Source: Lytechinus pictus
Taxonomy: Eukaryota
Reading direction: 5' to 3'
Assembly: GCF_037042905.1 (NCBI RefSeq)
Contig: NC_087245.1
Span: forward strand, 23,872,001 to 23,932,000
DNA length: 60,000 nucleotides
Part shown: positions 37,025 to 60,000 of the stretch, piece after piece
Position numbering within the stretch: the stretch's first letter is position 1
How the letters are laid out: every line of letters begins with the position of its first letter
Position numbers and translations under genes: made by a program
The notes under the pieces: model-generated
The model's input: the letters and a program-made list of their open reading frames with translations, nothing else
What the model was told of the DNA's origin: nothing
The model's database searches: none

Positions 37025-37341
37025 CGATAGGGGATCCAAACAGAAGGAATACCACACCCACCGACCATCACATAAATCTTTTTGAGTTTGTGTTCAATGC
37101 AGGGAAGCAATCGATCTAGCTTTGAGAGCATTATCATTATAAATGCAATTATCTTTGTGCGCATCGGAATATAATACTTCTAGATATATGGCGCTATATA
37201 AATGACTGTTATTATTATTATCTTCATGCCGCTTTTTTTTCTTTGCCTGGTAATACTTTAACTCGGAGTGTAATCTCGTGTATTCTGATAAAGTGCCGCT
37301 GGTACTTTTTTTATATGTGACGGATAACCACATTCTTATGG

Positions 37342-37567
37342 CAGTGGCGTAATGAGCCACAAATATTATTGTGAGGGCTAAATATGGCATATCGCGTAAA
37401 ATTTATTTTAAAAAAGTTGCGAGCGAGCAAAAATTTCAACATTTATGTTACAAAAAACAAATTTTGTGATAGATTTTGTCATAATTTTCAGAAAATAATA
37501 TCATGTTTCACCCTTCTCTCTTTCCCGTTCTCTTTTTTTTTTCTTGGTGGAGATTTGTACGCCACTG
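37342..37567. mobile_element. hAT-type MITE downstream of the transporter stop (probably in the 3'UTR)
   Basis: TCTTATGG|CAGTGGCGTA ... TACGCCACTG|TCTTATAG (8-bp TSD, 1 mismatch). Confidence 0.75.
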
Positions 37568-38244
37568 TCTTATAGGATTATTTGTATTCTGTTCGGCGAG
37601 GATTAGAAGACAAAAAATTTCCCATGATTGATGATCGATATTGGTCTTAGGTTGACTCAAAAAGAAGAGGGAGAAGAAGGTTCCAAGTCATACAATCATG
37701 TAGATTAGAGTGACTTAAATTATCTATTCTCATAGGTGGCTTCTAGACTTGAAAAGCATCTGGGAAGGACTTTGCTCCGACCATGGAGTTATTAACACAG
37801 ATGCTCCGATCCTTCCAAAGATACAATGTATAATATTACATGAAAATTAGCTAACAAGCTTGCAGAGTGGTGCAAAATGTCTGCGTGATTATTGTGCATC
37901 GAATATGCACACGACTGATCTAACATGGCTGATGCCTTTGCAGTATACTATAGTATTCAGTTCAATTGCTAAAATTATGGGCATGATCTTTATTGTATTT
38001 ATTGTATTCATTCAATTTAACACATTCAAACCAAAGTATAATATAAAGTGTAATAAGTTGATTTTTATTGCGATTTTACTTATCATTACCTTGAATTTGT
38101 ATCGCGCATGATGTAATTATTTGATTGTGAGCGATAATGAAAATAAAACTAAGTGGAAAAAGATATGTAAGAATTCGGTTAAAGATTTGTTCATTGTTTT
38201 CTCATGAGTGTTACAAAAGAAAAGTTTGTGACGTTCAATTCTAA

Positions 38245-38550
38245 TCTATCAATCACAGTCGATCACGTGTGTAACCAACCAATCAAAATCAGTCAGTCAA
38301 TCGATCACGATCAATCCATCAATCAATCAATCAATCGATAATAATCAATTTCAATCAAGAACACTCAATATCAATTACAATTAACCAACCTATTAATTGA
38401 TTGATTAATGGATTGATTGGACAATCAATCCATCAGTCAGTCAATCGATCATAATCAAGCATTACAAATTAATCACAATCAATTTTTTTTATTATTAGTC
38501 AATCAATCGATCGATCTCAATCAATTAATCAATCGATTAATAGATCAAGT
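38245..38550. repeat. Degenerate (AATC/GATT)n microsatellite (second tract at ~38840-38910)
   Basis: Direct reading. Confidence 0.8.
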
Positions 38551-38995
38551 GATTTAGTGTTATGTATTTGGAAAATCTCGTTGTTATGTTGTGAATGTTT
38601 GACACTAGAAAAAGATTTGAGTACGTTGAGTTTATTAGGTTTTATTGGAGCACTCAAGAAAAAAGAGAAAATGTAAACTGTTAAATATATGAGTTCTCAT
38701 TGTATCTATATATTACTTTGTAAAGAGATATTTTTGATGTATGTGTTTTATTTTGTTTATGAATTGAAGTTGTTGACAAATAAAAACTTCTTAATACAAA
38801 AAAGAGATACATAATCAATATCAACCAGGCGCACTCAGTTTAAATCAATCACAATCAATCACAATCGATCAGTTACAATCAATCAATCACAATCAATCAA
38901 TCAATCAACCCACCCACCCTTTGAATAGCTATCTGTAAAGTTGCAAACATCGCCTCGACCAATACATTCATAATCATTCACTTTTTAGCAAGATG

Positions 38996-41267
38996 CATGG
39001 GCGGAAATCCCAGGCGGGACAGGGGGGACGTGTCCCCCCTACCAAAAATAGTAGGGGGGACACAATATCAAATGTCCCCCCTACTATTTTTGGTCTTTTA
39101 TGATGGAGAAAAATGCATCATTCACATTCGAAATAATACATTTATTTTGGACTAAATGACCTTACATTTTGGGTGAAAACCTTCTTTTTTTTTTTTGCTT
39201 GTCAAGTTTTCCAGTGTGAATAAAATAAGATGAGGGGAAAACTTGTAAAATAAAAAGAATCTTTCATGTCACTATATAAAATTTTCGCTCGCGCTTCGCG
39301 CTCGCATTGCATGTTAGGTGATCTTTCAATATGGAGCTTAAATATCATGTTTGGAAGTCAATATACATTATACATTTCGCCTCGGAAATCGAACTTTCAT
39401 CATTTTTTGTGATTTACGGATTTTTAAAAAAGTGATCTGTAAAAGTTACAGCTTTATGGTCTGAATATTGACATTTTCTACTCGCACTGAGCGCTCGCAA
39501 AATTCGATTTATTCAGTACCTATTATATTTGTGTATTCCATTTAGTTTGAAAATATCCCTTTTCAAGTGTTATTGTCAAAACGTAGCAGATAGTGCTACT
39601 CGTATTTTGATTGGCGAGTTATGTATGTCTCAATATTGATTTTCATGACAGTTTATCCAAGATTTTGGCTCGCGATTTGCGCTCGCATTGATGGTTAAAA
39701 ATATTTTAACTGATGCATTCTATTCCTAAATACAAAAGTGCTTGTCCAGTTTTCAGGCCATAATATCATCAGATTTCTCGCCCGCATTATGCATTAATAA
39801 ATAAGATATCAATTTAATGATTAAATTGTCCCTTTTGTTTCATCTCGCGCTTAGTAAGAGGAATAGGAAGATAGTCATCATTTTCGTATGATTTGTCCTA
39901 AGGATGTCCCGGTCCTATGTCAAAACTCAAATAATAATGAAAAATATCAGCTCTTTATTAAGTGTGATCCATATCCACCTCACAATTTTCCTAAAAAATG
40001 CTTGAAATATATAGCTGAAATTGACTCTTTTTTTCAGATCGGAATATCAAATAGTTTAAGCTCGCGCTTCGCGCTCGCTGATAGATGTGTAAAATGCCGA
40101 GATTCTAGGTCTAAATCTGAAACACGCTCATATTTATTCAGATATTCAATTTGTTCTCTATTCAAATCATTATCCAGTTTCAGATCACAATATCAAAAAT
40201 TTTCTGCTCGCGCTTTGTGCTCGCATTATTAATGTTGAAAGATCCCCTATTACTCATCCTTTTCATGATTTACAAAACATGAGTGTCCCGTTTTTAGGCC
40301 TAAATCTCGAATTTTTCTGCTCACGCTTCGCTTACATCAATTGTTTAGTTATATAGCTACCCTGTTCACGATTACAAAAATTGATTAAAATTTTCGATTC
40401 TTTTTGAAAAAATGTCAACAATTTTCAGCTCGCGATTCGCGCTAGCATTGATTGTTGAAATATGTAACGTCTTCATGGCTAAGTGCAAGCAGTCCTTAAC
40501 AAGTACCTTTTCGATCAATTCAAATTAAACGTATATGAACATTTTCTGGCTGCATTTTGCATTCGCTTTATTAATGTAAGGACCGGGTGTAAGAAAGACC
40601 CCCCATTACTCATCCTTTTCATGATTTACAAAACATGAATAGTGTCTCGTTCTTAGGTCTAAATCTCAAAACTTTCCGCTTGCGCTTCGCGTTCGCATCA
40701 ATTGTTTAGTTATATACCTATTATATGTTTAAGTTACAAAAAGTGCTTAGAATTTCCAGTCTTTAGGTAAAAATTTCAAAAAAAAATTTCAGCTCGCGCT
40801 TTGCGCTCGCATTATTTGATTGTTCAAATATGTAACGTCTTCATGGCTAATTGCAAGCAGTCTTTAACAGGTACCTTTTCCATCAGTTAACCTCTGCTCG
40901 CACTTCGCGTTCGTAGTAAATATTTAGTTGTATATACATCTTTTTCAGGAAAACAAACATTGCCCAGAATGTTCAAATTTTAGGAAAAAAAATACAAAAA
41001 TTTTCCAAAAAAAATTTGCTCGCGCTTCGCGTTCGCATTATATAAATAAGGACAATGATATCATATATTTATGTTGATTTATAAGAATAAAGCTAAAAAG
41101 TGACCATGAGGACTACTCCTTCAATGAAACAGACAAAAATTACCTTCGAGCGGCCGATCGGGGATTAACATACGGCTGAAAATGTTTTCGCCCCCCCCCC
41201 CCTATTGGCGAAGGCTGGATCAGCCCCTGTTGTCCCCCCTACCTTTCGAGACAGATTTCCGCCCATG
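38996..41267. mobile_element. 2.27-kb hAT-type non-autonomous element with an internal tandem array
   Basis: GCAAGATG|CATGGGCGGAAATC ... GATTTCCGCCCATG|GCAAGATG (perfect 8-bp TSD, 14-bp TIR). Confidence 0.92.
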
Positions 41268-43311
41268 GCAAGATGTACCGTATCAATCATCTATAAGACG
41301 GGTTAACAACGGAATCTTTAGAGTGTTGTCTACCTGATGTTGATAGGATGGCAATATATTTTATCTTGCCATATTGACTCAATAACGTTGTTATTGTCGA
41401 CATGGCAAGGCTGACTTTTAAAAGGTCTTTCAAGATAGTGAGATACCTTATCTTACAAAGTTGACTTCTAACATATTTACATGTCGACATGGTTAAGATT
41501 AAACAAGAAATGAAACGCATTTGAATTTTGTGAACGTTTTTCATATAAATAGGTAAGGATTAAGAAAATATAAATAATGAGTCCGACAACGTATTTATGC
41601 GGGTAAATTTCATAATACGCTACGTGGGTACCAAGTTTGAATGGATTCCAGAGCTAAATTAATGGCCATGTAATCCCAGTCGTTTTAAGCGTTCAGTGAA
41701 TGTTAAACAGGCTCTATTTGAAAAGGCATGTTGATCCTCATAACAGCCACTTCACAGGGGCCTGGGAACATTTTTTTTTACTGAGGTTGCTGATGTAAAT
41801 TTGACAAGCAAAACAATAAAAGAAAGAAAGAAAAGGATTTCACTACAAAATATAGGTCACTTTGGTTACATTTTCCAATTTGTTAACACCTACCAGAATT
41901 CCAGGGGTGCTGCCTATGAAGAATAATACACGCAGTACCCCCGAGAAAAATCTTGGGGTGCGAAGCACTCCAGCACCCCGCTTCCCAGGGCCATAGCACT
42001 TTGAATAAATTAATAATTGTTTTAACGACCTTATAAAGTATATTTTGTAGAATTAAGATACATACGCAATTCTTAAATCATAAATGAATTTTATAACATT
42101 CCTAAAGGAATTTGTGTCTAAGTATTGTGCTTATACAAATGATCTTTTATTCAGAGAAGCTGTAGGATCGGACAAAAATCTCTATATATAAAAAAATGAA
42201 ATAAGCGATACTTTAATAAACTTTCAAATAACAAAATAATTTTATTTAAATAATGTCATTACCCATTTCAAACAATGCATTAAAAGATGTAGACCTATCT
42301 TCCTTGTCGTTTGTTTGAACACAGAATATATGATATTAATATATTACACTGTTCGGGATGTTTCTTGCAAATATATCGAGTAGAAATTCCCATGAATTAT
42401 ATTGATGAGAAATGAAATACTGAATGTTATTACATTTAATGTAAACCTACATACTAAATATAAACAAAAATATAAATGATATTCATTTCATGAATATGGT
42501 TATAAGAGATATTATATTCAAAGTAACCAGAGCGAGAAATTTAATTCTGCGAATTCTTAACACCAGTAATATGATGAGTGAGTTCAAGTGCGGTGGTGAC
42601 CCACATTTGTGTTTATTTTTTACTCCAGCTTCAACCAAGACTTATTGGGTAAGACGTCACTCGGTTACCCGATGTTGTCGCTCTATAACTTGCAGGCAAT
42701 ATCAAGCCCCACAAACATCTACGAAACTGATTCCAAACCGACCGATAATGATTATGCCATTGGAAGTGACTGTTATAGCTTTGGTCGGCCTGCGGTTGGT
42801 CTCGCCTGTAACACAACACTGTGAACGTGTTGTCGCGCTATAGGTAAAGCAACCCTTTCAAGCTTTTCTCAGAAACACTAACACCTTATCTTGAAACCAC
42901 TTGATGTCGGTGAGTCCAGGCGGTGAGTATATGGACAATTTTCACCCATTTCTTTCATTCCTTAATATAGAAAATAGATGAGTTACTGTTAGCGTCGTAA
43001 AAAATAACCGAAATAGATAATCATCAGGATATTCTTTATGCACCGTCGATTAATTATGTTAATCTTTGTTAGGCAGTATACCACATCCCGAAACCAAGCT
43101 TGAGATCAAACTGAATATTATTTTGCAGTATACATGTCGGTGTAAATTGAACTCAAGGGGTTACGACTTCGACATCACCCTGCATGGCGAAATGCTACAG
43201 TCCATGCGCCAACGTCATTGAGATGGTTGAAGGCATGAGCCAATTTCAGGATTCAAATCATTTATGGTTTTAAAGCATCTCTGCAGTCACGCACGTCAAA
43301 TGTATCTTTCA

Positions 43312-57329
<14,018 letters not shown>

Positions 57330-57647
57330 TGTCCTTAGATTTTCTGTGAACATTAACGAAAATACAAGAAACCATAATACTCACATCATAAATCAGTGGT
57401 CTTACTCCCTGTTAGCTTGATTTTGTTTCCAACATGAACGCAGACTAAAACCACGAGTTTGATCAAATATTAAACAAGCAATGATGAAATCGTTCAAAAG
57501 TTTACTCAAATTATATTTCAAAGCATGTGAAATAAAGAGAACATACAACAATTAAAAGTCTGTCCTTTGGCATTACCCTGATTAAATTCATTAAAGACGT
57601 AGGTATATATGTAACCATGACTTATACCACTAGCCCCCTTATCTATT

Positions 57648-59500
<1,853 letters not shown>

Positions 59501-60000
59501 AATGCTATTTATATCACTATTCCTCCACCCCCCTCCTCCTACGTTACTACAACTAATACATGAATTATTACTATATTTAAAAAAAAATAAAACTATATAG
59601 ATTGTCAAAATCTGAAGGAAAGGAGTCTTGATCGCCATGAGAATTTACATTGAATTTTTATTTCATATGTCAAATCAATACAATTCTTGAATTTTTATCT
59701 AGAATATCAATGTCAGTTAATTCGATTGGTTGGCCTAACAAGTGATCCAGTGATTGAAATGATCTTCCATGCATTTTTTGTAGTACACATAATGTAAAAT
59801 TTGATTATAGTATAGTTAGGCAATGAAATATGATTATGTTTTTGTTATACTGTGCAATTAAAAGAAACAAAACATTGTTAATTTAAACTAGAACTCACCT
59901 CACAACATTCAATCCAACTTTAAAGTTATTTCATTGCAATAATTCCTATAACTTCCTCAGTAGAAAGCGGAGTCTGCTACGACGTGTTTTTTTTTATGTT

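Noticed and set aside
37022..37030. TGA-C readthrough context at the transporter stop
   Set aside because: An in-frame TAG follows two codons later, so any extension is negligible
39280..41040. CRISPR-like repeat-spacer appearance
   Set aside because: The context is eukaryotic, the repeats are degenerate, the spacers are mutually homologous and variable in length, there are no cas genes, and the array lies inside a TSD-flanked hAT element

Overview
AT-rich eukaryotic (metazoan) genomic DNA. The intron-rich genes and the MITE/SINE landscape resemble a sea urchin or other echinoderm, but this is inference only. Three spliced genes were reconstructed by hand, all with GT-AG introns and consistent phases. 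(1) The last 4 coding exons of an ankyrin-repeat protein (+, 2830-5319; 5' part not found in the window). (2) A complete 12-coding-exon MFS transporter of the SLC18B1/vesicular amine-polyamine transporter type (+, 23379-37024, 558 aa), with a probable upstream non-coding exon rich in uORFs. (3) A 12-coding-exon TRPC-family cation channel (-, 57329-43312, 911 aa), convergent with the transporter. The rest is introns and intergenic DNA packed with non-autonomous DNA transposons (hAT-, Tc1/mariner-, Kolobok-, Harbinger-, Helitron- and Crypton-like), tRNA-derived SINEs and microsatellites; almost all other short ORFs in the track are spurious. No clearly novel multi-gene system is supported. The best leads are uORFs in all frames upstream of a putative polyamine transporter, a Crypton-like foldback with repeated TTATACAA cores, a triple-nested TE insertion with intact TSDs, a ~210-nt AG-exclusion zone at one acceptor, and a hAT element carrying an array of palindromic motifs.
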